Below, piece after piece: positions 34,301 through 43,444 of a stretch of DNA of 64,000 nt. The notes beneath the pieces were generated by a model that worked only from the letters and a program-made list of their open reading frames with translations, was not told the origin of the DNA and ran no database searches. The first letter of the stretch is position 1. Each line of letters starts with the position of its first letter. The DNA is from Alphaproteobacteria bacterium. GTDB lineage: Bacteria; Pseudomonadota; Alphaproteobacteria; GM7ARS4; CBDIDI01. The position numbers and the translations under genes were made by a program. The stretch spans positions 761,617 through 825,616 of the forward strand of contig OZ255830.1 in NCBI GenBank assembly GCA_965277685.1, in the 5' to 3' direction.

Positions 34301-35285
34301 CACCACCCTTGCCGATTTCACCAGTCGGGTCGATGCGAAAAGCATGAATAAAAGAATGCTGGAAAATTTGGCCGCGGCCGGGGCTTTTGACACGATTGAA
34401 AAAAATCGCCACAAAGTCTATGCCAATGCCGATTTGATCGCGCGCGCGGCCAGCATGCAAAATGACGATGATGGCCAGGAATCGTTGTTCGATAAAAAAG
34501 TCCACGCCCGACATATCACCTTTAAAAAAGTCGATGCCTGGAATTCGGTCGATATGTTGGAGCGTGAATTTTCCGCCCTCGGCTTTTATCTCCATTCCCA
34601 TCCCCTTGACCGATACCGCAACGTTCTTGACCGGTGTCCGGTCGTCAGCCACCTGCATCTGGCCGATATGCTTGAATCGGACCCCAAATCGCGCGGGGTC
34701 ATCATGGCCGGATCGGTCGTCAAAAGTCGCGAATTGCAGTCCCGGCGCGACCAAAGCCGCTTGGCCTTTGTTCAACTGGCCGATGTTTCCGGTGTGTTTG
34801 AAATCGGCGTTTTCGCACAAACCCTGGAACGCTGTCGTGATATTATCCAACCGGGATCGGTCGTTCTTGCCCAAATCCAGGCCACGATTAACGGCGGCAA
34901 TATCCGCCTTAACGCCCGCGATATTCTGGCGATCGACAAAGTCGCCGCCATGGCACCATCGACGTTAATCATTGACCTCAAAGAACCCGCCGGTGTCACG
35001 GCCTTGCGCCAATGGATCGATCACGATTCATCGGGCCGCGCCAACGATAAAAATCGCACTTGGGTGCGCGTGCGCCTGCTTTTGAATGACGCGCGGGAAA
35101 TAACCTTTCGTATCGAACAAAGGGTCCATGCCGACCGGCAAAACGTCGAGCGACTGCGCAACCATCCATCCATTGCCAATGTTAAGGAAATCCTCCGGTT
35201 GCCTTTTTTCAGTGATGCGGCACCATCGCGCTATGGCGGGGACGCTTCTCGCTTTGATGGCGCCGCACGCGGCCCGGGCTTTTAA
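31335..35285 (+). CDS. dnaE: DNA polymerase III alpha subunit with two large insertions
   Basis: PVGPGRGSGAGS, FERFLNPERVSMPDFDIDF, STHAAG, KFDLLGLKTL, YGFNKSHA, IRYGLAAVRNVG, LGFYLHSHPL. Confidence 0.98.
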   Translation: MAAPFIHLRHWSHYSFLKSALRVDDIVSIAANATVPAVGLCDDTNLSAVPELSKKALARGIQPIIGATFALRLDNDHIHHLPLFVSHAEGWDNLVRLVNAAHTRTDRYDDKPYISISELAAANAGLIALSGDFLSTANIGKTLPAILTRLATVFPSRFYVELSRHGYNGEEGLIARLVDQADRHGWPLLGTNHCFFPDRSMREAYEVLRCIANQQTIHDDARERVMESHHPRGSDEMRDVFSDLSDACDHSLVFARRCGWYPEGRKPHLPPFPCPPHNDEVRELTQRAKIGLCARLEAAHLEAAHIGIAPENPPPLENPPADNPTGNRQEGESPSENPPPTENPPPAEKSPADRQEGEPPARTTPIKEDEKTKNATLYQERLAYEITIIAKMGFAGYFLIVADFVAWAKENSIPVGPGRGSGAGSAVAWALGITDLDPIRHGLLFERFLNPERVSMPDFDIDFCQERRDEVIAYLRRKYGPDHVAHIITFGTLKARAVLRDVGRVLAIPYGTVDEICKLVPSDPANPVTLSSALESEAELKQRRTSQEVTRMMDISMQLEGLYRHASTHAAGIVIGEDALDQTVPLIRDQKGHLATQFSMKHVEHAGLVKFDLLGLKTLSMIARTLSMLRAGGTVIDLSTLSLDDKDTYHLLGRARTTGVFQLESAGMRDVLKGLRPDRFADIIAVVALYRPGPMDNIPSYIGRKHGKEKIHYLDPRFESILAETYGIIIYQEQVMEIARVMSGFSLARADLLRQAMGKKDHDVMAAQRRDFITGAKGRGVEENTAIRIFEEVRKFAGYGFNKSHAACYALIAYWTAWLKTHFPVEFLAASMSMDIHNTDKINIFREEAIRSKITIEPPDINRSDVLFSVGPSPHDSQDNSASDNSPHDSSDGSRKSDHHPGTGADPSQKSPSPNNATPYAPSSNDTSGKGGKGGKGGRSAPQNHPPPSPNHTPTTHTKTIRYGLAAVRNVGREAAAHLVAMRTQDGDFTTLADFTSRVDAKSMNKRMLENLAAAGAFDTIEKNRHKVYANADLIARAASMQNDDDGQESLFDKKVHARHITFKKVDAWNSVDMLEREFSALGFYLHSHPLDRYRNVLDRCPVVSHLHLADMLESDPKSRGVIMAGSVVKSRELQSRRDQSRLAFVQLADVSGVFEIGVFAQTLERCRDIIQPGSVVLAQIQATINGGNIRLNARDILAIDKVAAMAPSTLIIDLKEPAGVTALRQWIDHDSSGRANDKNRTWVRVRLLLNDAREITFRIEQRVHADRQNVERLRNHPSIANVKEILRLPFFSDAAPSRYGGDASRFDGAARGPGF

Positions 35286-35307
35286 ATTTCTTTTCGGCCA
35301 TCCAAAA

Positions 35308-35916
35308 ATGACACGCGATCGACACCACCTCACCAACGATATTTACATTGCCCTTGGATCTAACCTTGGCTCTAGCCTCGGCGCTAATCGTGATTCCGAT
35401 CTTGATTCCGGTCTTGATTTCGATCTTGATTCCGGGCGCCCCTCTAATCTTGGCGGCAAAGCCCCCGTCACGCCCCTTGATAATTGCAGGCAGGCCTTGC
35501 GTTACCTCGACCAAAGCCCATCGATCCGGGTCGTGCAATCCGCGCCCTGGTATAAAAGCCCGCCCGAGGATCGATCGACCCAACCATGGTATATCAATGG
35601 CGCCGCCAAAATCACGACATCCCTTAACCCGGCCCGGCTTCTTGCCCGACTCCACGATATTGAAGAGAGAATGGGACGGGTTCGCCGCCGTATCGGTGAA
35701 TCGCGGGTGATTGATCTGGATTTGCTCGATTATGGCGGACTCATCCACGCCCAAGCCCCGATATTACCCCACCCACGGATCGAAAACCGCGCCTTTGTCT
35801 TGCTGCCCCTGGCCGATATTGCCCCCCATTGGTGCCACCCTCGATCCCATACGCCAATCCATGACTTGATCGATCGGCTTGCCCCGTCTCCTATTGAACG
35901 GATGGACGAACGATAG
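35308..35916 (+). CDS. folK: 2-amino-4-hydroxy-6-hydroxymethyldihydropteridine diphosphokinase
   Basis: YIALGSNLG, WYINGAA, GRVR...RVIDLDLL, LPHPRIENRAFVLLPL. 12-bp DSDL/DSGL repeat at about 35390-35440. Confidence 0.95.
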   Translation: MTRDRHHLTNDIYIALGSNLGSSLGANRDSDLDSGLDFDLDSGRPSNLGGKAPVTPLDNCRQALRYLDQSPSIRVVQSAPWYKSPPEDRSTQPWYINGAAKITTSLNPARLLARLHDIEERMGRVRRRIGESRVIDLDLLDYGGLIHAQAPILPHPRIENRAFVLLPLADIAPHWCHPRSHTPIHDLIDRLAPSPIERMDER

Positions 35917-36063
35917 ACGTGCCGCCCGTGGAAAAAGGGCGAAGAGGGAAGGGCAATGGGAGGAAGAGAGCAAAGAGGGGGCTTTGCTTTTGTCCGCGAC
36001 TGGCTTATATATCCCGATAGTGGTAGCGGTTGATCATTCAACCGCCGATTAAAGGAGAACATC

Positions 36064-36480
36064 ATGGCCCGCGTAACCGTTGAAGACTGCGTATTGAAGG
36101 TGAACAATTTGTTTAAGATTGTCGCTCTGGCCGGGCGCCGGGCGCGCGACATCGCCGCCGGCGAGGAACTTAAGGTCGAGCGTGAAAACGATAAAAACAC
36201 CGTTGTTTCCCTGCGTGAAATCGCCAAAAGCGACCTTGATCTTGATCAACTCGAAGAAAATATCATCGATTCCTTGCAGAAATATTCTCCGGTCGAGGAA
36301 GAAAGCCAGATCGAGGAAGTGGCCTTGCATCTTCCGCCGCAACCGCCAAGCACCGATGACGGCGATAAGGGCGAGAGCCGCCTTAAAAATCCATCGGCCG
36401 CGCATATCGTTAAGAAACCGATAGAAAAATCCCCCGAAGAACCCGCGGAGGCAAAAGACGATCCGGAACATACCGCCTGA
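36064..36480 (+). CDS. rpoZ: RNA polymerase omega subunit
   Basis: [40 protein letters not shown]. Confidence 0.97.
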   Translation: MARVTVEDCVLKVNNLFKIVALAGRRARDIAAGEELKVERENDKNTVVSLREIAKSDLDLDQLEENIIDSLQKYSPVEEESQIEEVALHLPPQPPSTDDGDKGESRLKNPSAAHIVKKPIEKSPEEPAEAKDDPEHTA

Positions 36481-36965
36481 CCCGAAACCACGTTTTATCC
36501 AGCCCGATCATCCCCTTAATCATTACCTTAATTATTACTGGGCCGGGGCGGCGGCCGGGGGCGTGACGCTCGCGAAAAACACAACCGGTGCCAAAAAGGC
36601 GTGGCCTTGGTCATGAATCATTGGCCATACATCATTTCAGGGCGGATTATTCCGGAATCGCGCATTCTTAAGGAGATATCCTAGGGGAAATTATTCCGGG
36701 TGGCGATTATCCTGGGGGCGATTATTCTAAGGGGCGGGCGGACGCGATATGCCGCCACCCCCACGAAACACGGCCGAAAGACACCCTAAAAAACATTCTT
36801 GCCCCCCAAAAAAGAAGACACCCCCCCAAAAAGAAGACCCCGCGAGAGAAGCCCCCCAAAAGAAAACCCATCAAGAGAAAAATGCGAAACCCGAAGAAAA
36901 CCCTAGTCCTTGGTCACAACCGGAATATATGGGTCATAGAGGGATCCCTATTCAGGTACTAAACC

Positions 36966-39323
36966 ATGTTGCGCCAGAGTGAATTGATCGAGCGGGTTGC
37001 ATCCTATATTCCGGATCTTGATGAAGCCCTTCTCAATCGGGCCTATATCACCGCGATGCAAGCCCATGGCAGTCAACGACGCGCATCGGGAGATCCGTAT
37101 TTTTCCCACCCGGTTGAAGTCGCCGGCATCCTTGCCGATATGAAATTGGATTCGGCCACCATCGCAACCGGGCTTTTGCATGACGTGGTCGAGGACACCG
37201 ATATCACCTGTGCCGATATTCAAGAAAAATTTGGCGATGAAATCGCCTCTCTGGTCGAGGGCGTCACGAAGCTTTCCCGTATTCCCCTGAAAAAAGATAC
37301 CCGGCACCATAATCTGGAACAGGCCGAAAATTTTCGTAAATTCATCCTTGCCATTTCCAAAGATGTGCGCGTCTTGCTAATCAAACTTGCCGACCGATTG
37401 CACAATATGCGCACCCTCGAACACATCACCAACCAGGCAAAGCGCCGCCGCATCGCTTTGGAAACAAGCGATATATACGCACCGCTAGCGCAAAGAATGG
37501 GGATGAATCGGCTTTGCTGTGAGCTTGACGACCTGGCCTTTCTCCAGCTTGAACCCCAAGCCGCACGCCGCATGCGCGATCATCTGCGCCACCATTTAAC
37601 CGGCAGTGAAGAATTCACGCGCACGACCATCCGCGCGTTGGAAGATTTGATGCGCCGCAAGAAAATTCACCGCGTCACGGTCGAGGGTCGATCAAAAAGC
37701 CCATCTTCGATCTGGCGCAAAATGAAAGAACGGGCGGTATCGCTGGACAATATCGATGATCTTTTGGCTTTTCGCATTGTCGTTTCCTCCATCGAGGATT
37801 GCTATCGCGCCCTTGGCGTTTTGCATCGCAAATACCGGTTTATCCCCGGCTTGTTCAAAGACTATATCTCGACCCCAAAACCCAATGGCTACCGATCCTT
37901 GCATACCCATATCATCGGCCCGAATCAGCACCGCTGTGAAATTCAAATTCGAAGCCGCACCATGGAAGCGGTTGCCCGCATGGGGGTTGCCTCCCATTGG
38001 CGATATAAACAGAACGTGCCGCAAAATCCGCAGCACCGCGAACGGAAGAATTACCGATGGATGCAGGAATTGCTCGATATTCTGAACCACAGCGAATCGC
38101 CGGAAGAATTTCTATCCCACAGCCGCCTGCAAATGTACCGCGATCAGGTTTTTTGTTTTACCCCGAAGGGCGATATCATCACCTTGCCCAAAGGCGCGAC
38201 CGGCCTTGATTTCGCCTATGCCGTACATACCGATATCGGACGGCGCTGTGGCGGCGTGAAAATCAACGGCAGTGCCGCCGCCCTAAGCCGCGTTCTTCAT
38301 AACGGTGACAGCGTCGAGGTCATTCGCACCCGCGAAGCGCATATTCCTTCCAATTGGGCCGAAATAAGCCGCACCGGCAAAGCCCAAGCCGGTATACGGC
38401 GATTGATAAGACAACGCCAAAGGGAGGAATTCATCGCCCTTGGTCATGATATTTTGCGCACATTGTGCCAGCAAAAAAATATCGTCTTTGGTCCCGAATT
38501 GTTCACCCCGGCGTTACTGAAAGCCATCGATCTGCCATCGGCCGAAGATGTGTTTTTCGCCATCGCCATCGGCCTGCGCGACAGCACCAGCGTTCTTCGT
38601 CATATTCTTGCCGATCACCCGTCCAAAAAATCCCCCGCCGCCATATCGATCGAGGAATCCGCGTCCAACGAAAAAGGATTGTCGATTCACGGGTTTACCG
38701 CCGGGGTTTCCATCCACTATGCCGGATGTTGCCATCCCCTGCCCGGGGATGATGTCATCGGCATTGCCGGAAAGGGCGGCATTACCGTCCATATTGCCGA
38801 CTGCGGGCAGATCCCGCCCGATCAAAAGACCATTGCCCTTTGCTGGCGGCGGGATGCGCATCGCGCGGCCCACACCAAGTCCGATACAATCAAAGATGGT
38901 GCCAAAAACCCCACGACAAAAAACCATATGGGCAAAAACCATATGGGCAAAAACCATATGGGCAAAAACCTCACCACAAATCATATGGGCACAAACCATA
39001 CGGGCACAAATCATATGGGCACAAATCATACGGGCACAAATCATATGGGCACAAATCATACGGGCAAAAACCATACGGGTAAAAATCATATCGGCCGCTT
39101 GCACGCACGATTGTCGAACCAGGCCGGTTCCCTTGGTCGCCTGTCGAGTACCATCGCCCGTAATGACAGCAATATCAGCAACCTTAAAATCATCCGACGC
39201 AATCAAAATGCTTTTGATATCAGTCTTGATTTAGAAGTCCATGACGCGCCCCACTTATCGCGAATCATCAACGATCTTCAATCTTCGCCGCATATCCTGT
39301 CCGTTGCCCGGGTCGGGCGGTAA
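36966..39323 (+). CDS. spoT: Bifunctional (p)ppGpp synthetase/hydrolase (RelA/SpoT homologue)
   Basis: GDPYFSHP, LLHDVVED, IKLADRLHNMRTL, DLLAFR, KDYISTPKPNGYRSLHT, TGS domain, CCHPLPGD, ACT domain. Confidence 0.98.
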   Translation: MLRQSELIERVASYIPDLDEALLNRAYITAMQAHGSQRRASGDPYFSHPVEVAGILADMKLDSATIATGLLHDVVEDTDITCADIQEKFGDEIASLVEGVTKLSRIPLKKDTRHHNLEQAENFRKFILAISKDVRVLLIKLADRLHNMRTLEHITNQAKRRRIALETSDIYAPLAQRMGMNRLCCELDDLAFLQLEPQAARRMRDHLRHHLTGSEEFTRTTIRALEDLMRRKKIHRVTVEGRSKSPSSIWRKMKERAVSLDNIDDLLAFRIVVSSIEDCYRALGVLHRKYRFIPGLFKDYISTPKPNGYRSLHTHIIGPNQHRCEIQIRSRTMEAVARMGVASHWRYKQNVPQNPQHRERKNYRWMQELLDILNHSESPEEFLSHSRLQMYRDQVFCFTPKGDIITLPKGATGLDFAYAVHTDIGRRCGGVKINGSAAALSRVLHNGDSVEVIRTREAHIPSNWAEISRTGKAQAGIRRLIRQRQREEFIALGHDILRTLCQQKNIVFGPELFTPALLKAIDLPSAEDVFFAIAIGLRDSTSVLRHILADHPSKKSPAAISIEESASNEKGLSIHGFTAGVSIHYAGCCHPLPGDDVIGIAGKGGITVHIADCGQIPPDQKTIALCWRRDAHRAAHTKSDTIKDGAKNPTTKNHMGKNHMGKNHMGKNLTTNHMGTNHTGTNHMGTNHTGTNHMGTNHTGKNHTGKNHIGRLHARLSNQAGSLGRLSSTIARNDSNISNLKIIRRNQNAFDISLDLEVHDAPHLSRIINDLQSSPHILSVARVGR
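38917..39092 (+). repeat. In-frame 15-bp repeat ((K/T)NH(M/T)G, about 11 copies) before the ACT domain of Rsh
   Basis: GGCAAAAACCATATG / GGCACAAATCATACG units. Confidence 0.95.
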
Positions 39324-39325
39324 AG

Positions 39326-39859
39326 ATGGTGTTTCGCCGCCGTCGAAAGATGCGAAAATCGGAACGATTACGCTCTATCTTATGGCCGAAAACAGGGTGG
39401 AAGCGATCTTCCAAATATATTCTTTACCGTCTTTTGCGTCTTTCCGCCGCGCCCGATGCCATTGCCGGCGGATTGGCATGGGGGGGGGCGGTGTCGTTCA
39501 CCCCGTTTATCGGATTTCACCTGATCATGGCTTTTTCCCTGGCCCGAATATTCGGGCATAACGTGATCGCCGCCGTGGTCGGAACCATGGTCGGCAATCC
39601 TTGGACATTTCCTTTTATATGGGCTTTGCTTTACGAAATCGGCACCTTGTTGCACCCGATTCAAACCCCCTTGCCGGATTGGGATCATTTTACTTTATCT
39701 TTTGTCGGCGAATATTTCTGGCAAATCTTTTTCCCGATGCTCCTCGCATCGGTGCCGATTGCCGTTGTGACCTGGTTTTCTCTGTTTTATGGTTTGCGTT
39801 ATCTGATTCCGATTATGCGCCGCCGCCTACGGAAAAAATCGGAAAAAGCCGGGTCATGA
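39326..39859 (+). CDS. DUF2062 family membrane protein
   Basis: WPKTGWKRS, IAGGLAWG.AVSFTPFIGFH, VGNPWTFPFIW; lies between rsh and pdxJ. Confidence 0.88.
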   Translation: MVFRRRRKMRKSERLRSILWPKTGWKRSSKYILYRLLRLSAAPDAIAGGLAWGGAVSFTPFIGFHLIMAFSLARIFGHNVIAAVVGTMVGNPWTFPFIWALLYEIGTLLHPIQTPLPDWDHFTLSFVGEYFWQIFFPMLLASVPIAVVTWFSLFYGLRYLIPIMRRRLRKKSEKAGS

Positions 39860-40779
39860 AAAAAGCCGCCCCCCCATCGCAACCGGAAAAAACCCCCATG
39901 CCGCCCCCAAAAAACCCCCATGGAAAAACCCCCCATGCCGTCCCCCAAAAAAACCCAATGGAAAAAAAACCCGTGGCAAACTCTCTAATGGAAAAAAAAA
40001 CCCTAATCGAAAAAAAGCCCCTAATAGAAAAAAACCCAATGGCAAAAAATCGGCAAGGGGAAAGACGGATGGGGGTTAATATCGACCATGTCGCGACCTT
40101 AAGAAACGTTCGCGGCACCGATTATCCCGATCCCATCACGATGATCGATCCCCTCGTTCGAGGTGGCGCGTCATCGATCACCGTTCATCTGCGTGAAGAC
40201 CGCCGCCATATCCGTGACGATGACGTCATCCGCTTGATCGATCAAAGTCCGCTGCCGATCAATCTTGAAATCGCGGCAAACGACACGATGATCGATTTTG
40301 CCTTGCGCCATCGCCCTGCTTTTTGCTGTTTGGTTCCGGAACGAAGGGAAGAACAAACGACGGAAAGCGGTCTTCACCTGCAGACCATCCATGAAAAAAT
40401 CCAACCTTGGATCGCAAAATTGCGCCCCGCGCCGGTGCGGGTTTCCCTTTTTCTCGATCCATATCCGGACATTATCCGGGCCGGCGCAAAAAGCGGCGCA
40501 CACGCCATCGAGCTTCACACCGGCGCCTATTGCAACGCCGTTTCGGCCAAGACGAAACAGGCCGAAATTAACCGCTTGCGAAAGGCCGGCGCCCTTTGCC
40601 GCGAACTTGGCATAGAATGCCATGCCGGACATGGTCTGAATTTGGATAACGTCGATCCGATCGCGGCCATTCCATCGATCCGGGAATTCAATATTGGCCA
40701 TTCGATCGTCGCGCGCGCATTGCATATCGGTATGGAAAAAGCGGTCCGGGAAATGCGCGATAAAATCATCCCGTCATGA
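39856..40779 (+). CDS. pdxJ: Pyridoxine 5'-phosphate synthase with a low-complexity N-terminal extension of about 70 aa
   Basis: GVNIDHVATLRNVRG, ITVHLREDRRHI, LVPERREEQTTESGL, IELHTG, HAGHGL, EFNIGH. Confidence 0.97.
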   Translation: MKKAAPPSQPEKTPMPPPKNPHGKTPHAVPQKNPMEKKPVANSLMEKKTLIEKKPLIEKNPMAKNRQGERRMGVNIDHVATLRNVRGTDYPDPITMIDPLVRGGASSITVHLREDRRHIRDDDVIRLIDQSPLPINLEIAANDTMIDFALRHRPAFCCLVPERREEQTTESGLHLQTIHEKIQPWIAKLRPAPVRVSLFLDPYPDIIRAGAKSGAHAIELHTGAYCNAVSAKTKQAEINRLRKAGALCRELGIECHAGHGLNLDNVDPIAAIPSIREFNIGHSIVARALHIGMEKAVREMRDKIIPS

Positions 40780-41267
40780 TTATCGCGATTGGGTGCGATC
40801 TGGTCGAAGTTGCGCGTATCACCCGCGCGATGCAGCGTTTTGGCCACCGTTTTAGCCACCGCCTTTTTACCGATGGCGAGCGGGCGTTTTGCGAGGGCAA
40901 AAAACACCGCCATCGGCAATGGGAAAGCTATGCCTGTCGCTTTGCCGCCAAAGAAGCCTGTTTCAAAGCCCTTTATTCCGGGACGTGGACATCGCCCCAT
41001 CGACCAAAAACCACGCGCGCCACTTTGCCCCTCGCGCATGACCCGCCCGCGCCCGCCCGCCCGACCGGTATTGGTTGGCGCCATATGGAAGTCGTCCGCG
41101 AAAATCATAGCCCCCCGCGGCTAACATTGCACGACCGGGCCGAATATTATCTGCGGCGGATGACCCCCACCGGATACCACCCTTTTATCCATCTTTCCTT
41201 AAGCGGCGAGCGATGCCACGCGCAAGCAATGGTCGTCATCGGTGCGACGAAAACCCGCGCCCGATAA
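40776..41267 (+). CDS. acpS: Holo-ACP synthase with an insertion
   Basis: IIAIGCDLVE, RLFTDGE, ACRFAAKEACFKAL, HLSLS; Pro-rich insertion of about 25 aa. Confidence 0.95.
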   Translation: MIIAIGCDLVEVARITRAMQRFGHRFSHRLFTDGERAFCEGKKHRHRQWESYACRFAAKEACFKALYSGTWTSPHRPKTTRATLPLAHDPPAPARPTGIGWRHMEVVRENHSPPRLTLHDRAEYYLRRMTPTGYHPFIHLSLSGERCHAQAMVVIGATKTRAR

Positions 41268-41394
41268 TGATCGAAGCAAGCCGATTTCCACCCGCGCCCG
41301 CCCCGCGCCCCATCGCAAGAGGTCATCCGCCCGTCGATAAAAAGGATACATCGACCCGGCCCCTTTTTTGCACCGCCCCCAACAACTCCTTTAT

Positions 41395-41551
41395 GCATCG
41401 CTTTTAAAGGGGGGAAGCCACCCTTTTCCTTGACGCATTGCTTTTAGAGGGGCGGCATCGCTTTTAGAGGGGGAAAGCCACCCCTTCCCTTGACGCATCG
41501 CTTTTAGAGGGGGAAAGCCACCCCTTCCCTTGACGCATTGCTTTTAGGCGG
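41395..41551. repeat. Intergenic 40-bp tandem repeat between the convergent acpS and rpsD genes
   Basis: CTTTTA(G/A)AGGGGG at 41401, 41461 and 41501, with partial units at 41441 and 41541. Confidence 0.88.
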
Positions 41552-41610
41552 GGATGTCTTTGGCCGCCGCAGCGGCGTGCAATCCAAGGGGTTCTTGGGG
41601 GTAGCGCCGA

Positions 41611-42228
41611 TTAGCGCGAATAGAATTCGATGATTAAATTCGGTTCCATATGCGAGGGATACGGTACTTCGTGCAACGCGGGCGGGCGGATAAACTTGCC
41701 CTTCAACGTATCCAGATCAACATCCAGATACTCCGGTATATCACGCTCGGGGGATACGATCGCATCCAATACCATCGGTAATTCGCGCGCGGCCCGGCGT
41801 ACCTCGATGACATCGTTATCGCGGACGCGATACGATGGAATATTAACCCGCTTGCCGTTAACCATAACATGCCCATGGTTGACGAATTGACGGGCGGCAA
41901 ACACGGTCGGGACATATTTCATCCGGTAAACCACCGCGTCCAAACGCCTTTCCAGAAGGTGTATCAGATTTTCCGCCGTATTACCGCGCTGACCCGCCGC
42001 TTTTTCATAAATGCCGCGAAACTGCTTTTCCGTGATATTGCCGTAATATCCCTTCAGCTTCTGCTTTGCCATCAACTGCGTGCCATAGTCGGAAATCTTC
42101 CGCCGGCGAGCGGCACCATGCTGTCCGGGACCGGTTTCACGCCGATTAAAGGGACTTTTTGGTCGCCCCCAAAGATTCACTTTTAAACGGCGATCAATCT
42201 TGTGTTTCGATTCGATGCGTTTGGTCAT
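41611..42228 (-). CDS. rpsD: 30S ribosomal protein S4
   Basis: [55 protein letters not shown]. Confidence 0.99.
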   Translation of the reverse strand: MTKRIESKHKIDRRLKVNLWGRPKSPFNRRETGPGQHGAARRRKISDYGTQLMAKQKLKGYYGNITEKQFRGIYEKAAGQRGNTAENLIHLLERRLDAVVYRMKYVPTVFAARQFVNHGHVMVNGKRVNIPSYRVRDNDVIEVRRAARELPMVLDAIVSPERDIPEYLDVDLDTLKGKFIRPPALHEVPYPSHMEPNLIIEFYSR

Positions 42229-42338
42229 GCCATCCCTGTTGTCTTTTGTGCCGTCATTCCGAAGAACCGGCCGAATGAAAATCTCTCTTCGCCGTAATTA
42301 CAACAGCGAAAGGGCATAAACACCCAACCACGCCCATT

Positions 42339-42375
42339 TGTCAAGGTTGCGAAGCACCCAGACCTCGTCTATAGT
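42339..42375. promoter_or_regulatory. Back-to-back divergent promoter elements (rpsD and rpmE directions)
   Basis: Minus-strand TTGACA at 42339-42344 with a weak -10. Plus-strand TTGCGA (42347-42352), 17 bp, TATAGT (42370-42375), then GC-rich GCGTCCGCC. Confidence 0.55.
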
Positions 42376-42590
42376 GCGTCCGCCCTACCCAATGCCCCAA
42401 ACGGCGGTGGTCACCCACCGGTATGCCCGTTAGGTGCGAGGGGCGCGAAAAACGCCGCCCCGCCCCATCCACAAGCATGCGGATGCGCAAGCGGCACCCG
42501 GTGAGGCAGGCGATGGGGCAAGCGACGCGGCAGGCGGCGAGCCCTTGAAAAAAGGCCGGCATCGGGCCAAAAAAGAGCACCGGCCATAGG

Positions 42591-42775
42591 AAAACCGGCC
42601 GGAGATATTGAAAAACCGGCGGGAGACATTAAAAAACCAACGGCGGCCATCGGAAAACCGGCCGGAGATATTGAAAAACCGGCGGGAGACATTAAAAAAC
42701 CAACGGCGGCCATCGGAAAACCGGCCGGAGATATTGAAAAACCGGCGGGAGACATTAAAAAACCAACGGCGGCGC
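42591..42775. repeat. 63-bp higher-order tandem repeat (three subunits of about 21 bp), 3 copies
   Basis: AAAACCGGCCGGAGATATTG at 42591, 42654 and 42717. Confidence 0.95.
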
Positions 42776-42933
42776 GAACCAAGGGATGGCCCCAATCAAG
42801 GAGCAAACGGATAGCAATAGCCGATAAATACACCGATAAATACAATGGCCATTGCCTTTCCATTGATGCCGGATATCATCCGGCCATCGGCAAAAACGGA
42901 AAAAAGACCCGATCACACGATAGGAAAACCAAG

Positions 42934-43314
42934 ATGAAAAAAGACATTCACCCCGATTACCATGACATCACCGTTGTTTTGACCAACGGCAAATCTTTCA
43001 AGACCCGATCGACCTGGGGGAAAAAGGGCAAAAGCTTGAAATTGGATATCGATGTCACCACCCACCCGGCATGGACCGGTGGTGGCCTGAAATTGATTGA
43101 TACCGGTGGTCAGTTAAAGCGGTTCCAAAAACGTTTTGCCGGGGTTGGCATTTCGTCATCTTTCGGGGGTGGCGATGCGAAAAAATCACCCCCCAATAAT
43201 GATGCCGCTAATGATGCCGCACAAAACGCCCATCCCGAAGAAGCCGCCGACACACAAGCCGTTGCCGGGCAAGCGGAAAAACCCCCACAAAAACCCACGC
43301 AAAAAGATGCCTAG
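42934..43314 (+). CDS. rpmE: 50S ribosomal protein L31 (Cys-lacking type) with a tail of about 55 aa
   Basis: [37 protein letters not shown]. Confidence 0.96.
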   Translation: MKKDIHPDYHDITVVLTNGKSFKTRSTWGKKGKSLKLDIDVTTHPAWTGGGLKLIDTGGQLKRFQKRFAGVGISSSFGGGDAKKSPPNNDAANDAAQNAHPEEAADTQAVAGQAEKPPQKPTQKDA

Positions 43315-43444
43315 ACCGATTGCGGCGGCGATGCGGGTAACGATGACGATGCCTCAAATCCGCCAAATCGCAGGCACTCAAATCATGCCCCCCCAAATTG
43401 CAGACTCTCAAATCTTTGGCGCGAATCGCTAACGTTGCCCAAGG

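Noticed and set aside
31335-35285. Inteins in dnaE (also considered for gyrB and recF)
   Set aside because: The inserts lack an N-terminal Cys/Ser block and a C-terminal His-Asn; the usual DnaE site YGFNKSH is uninterrupted.
36481-36965. Hidden gene or RNA in the 485-bp rpoZ-rsh spacer
   Set aside because: Only low-complexity repeats and a 77-aa K/P-rich ORF without motifs are present; no tRNA, SRP, tmRNA or RNase P signature was recognised.
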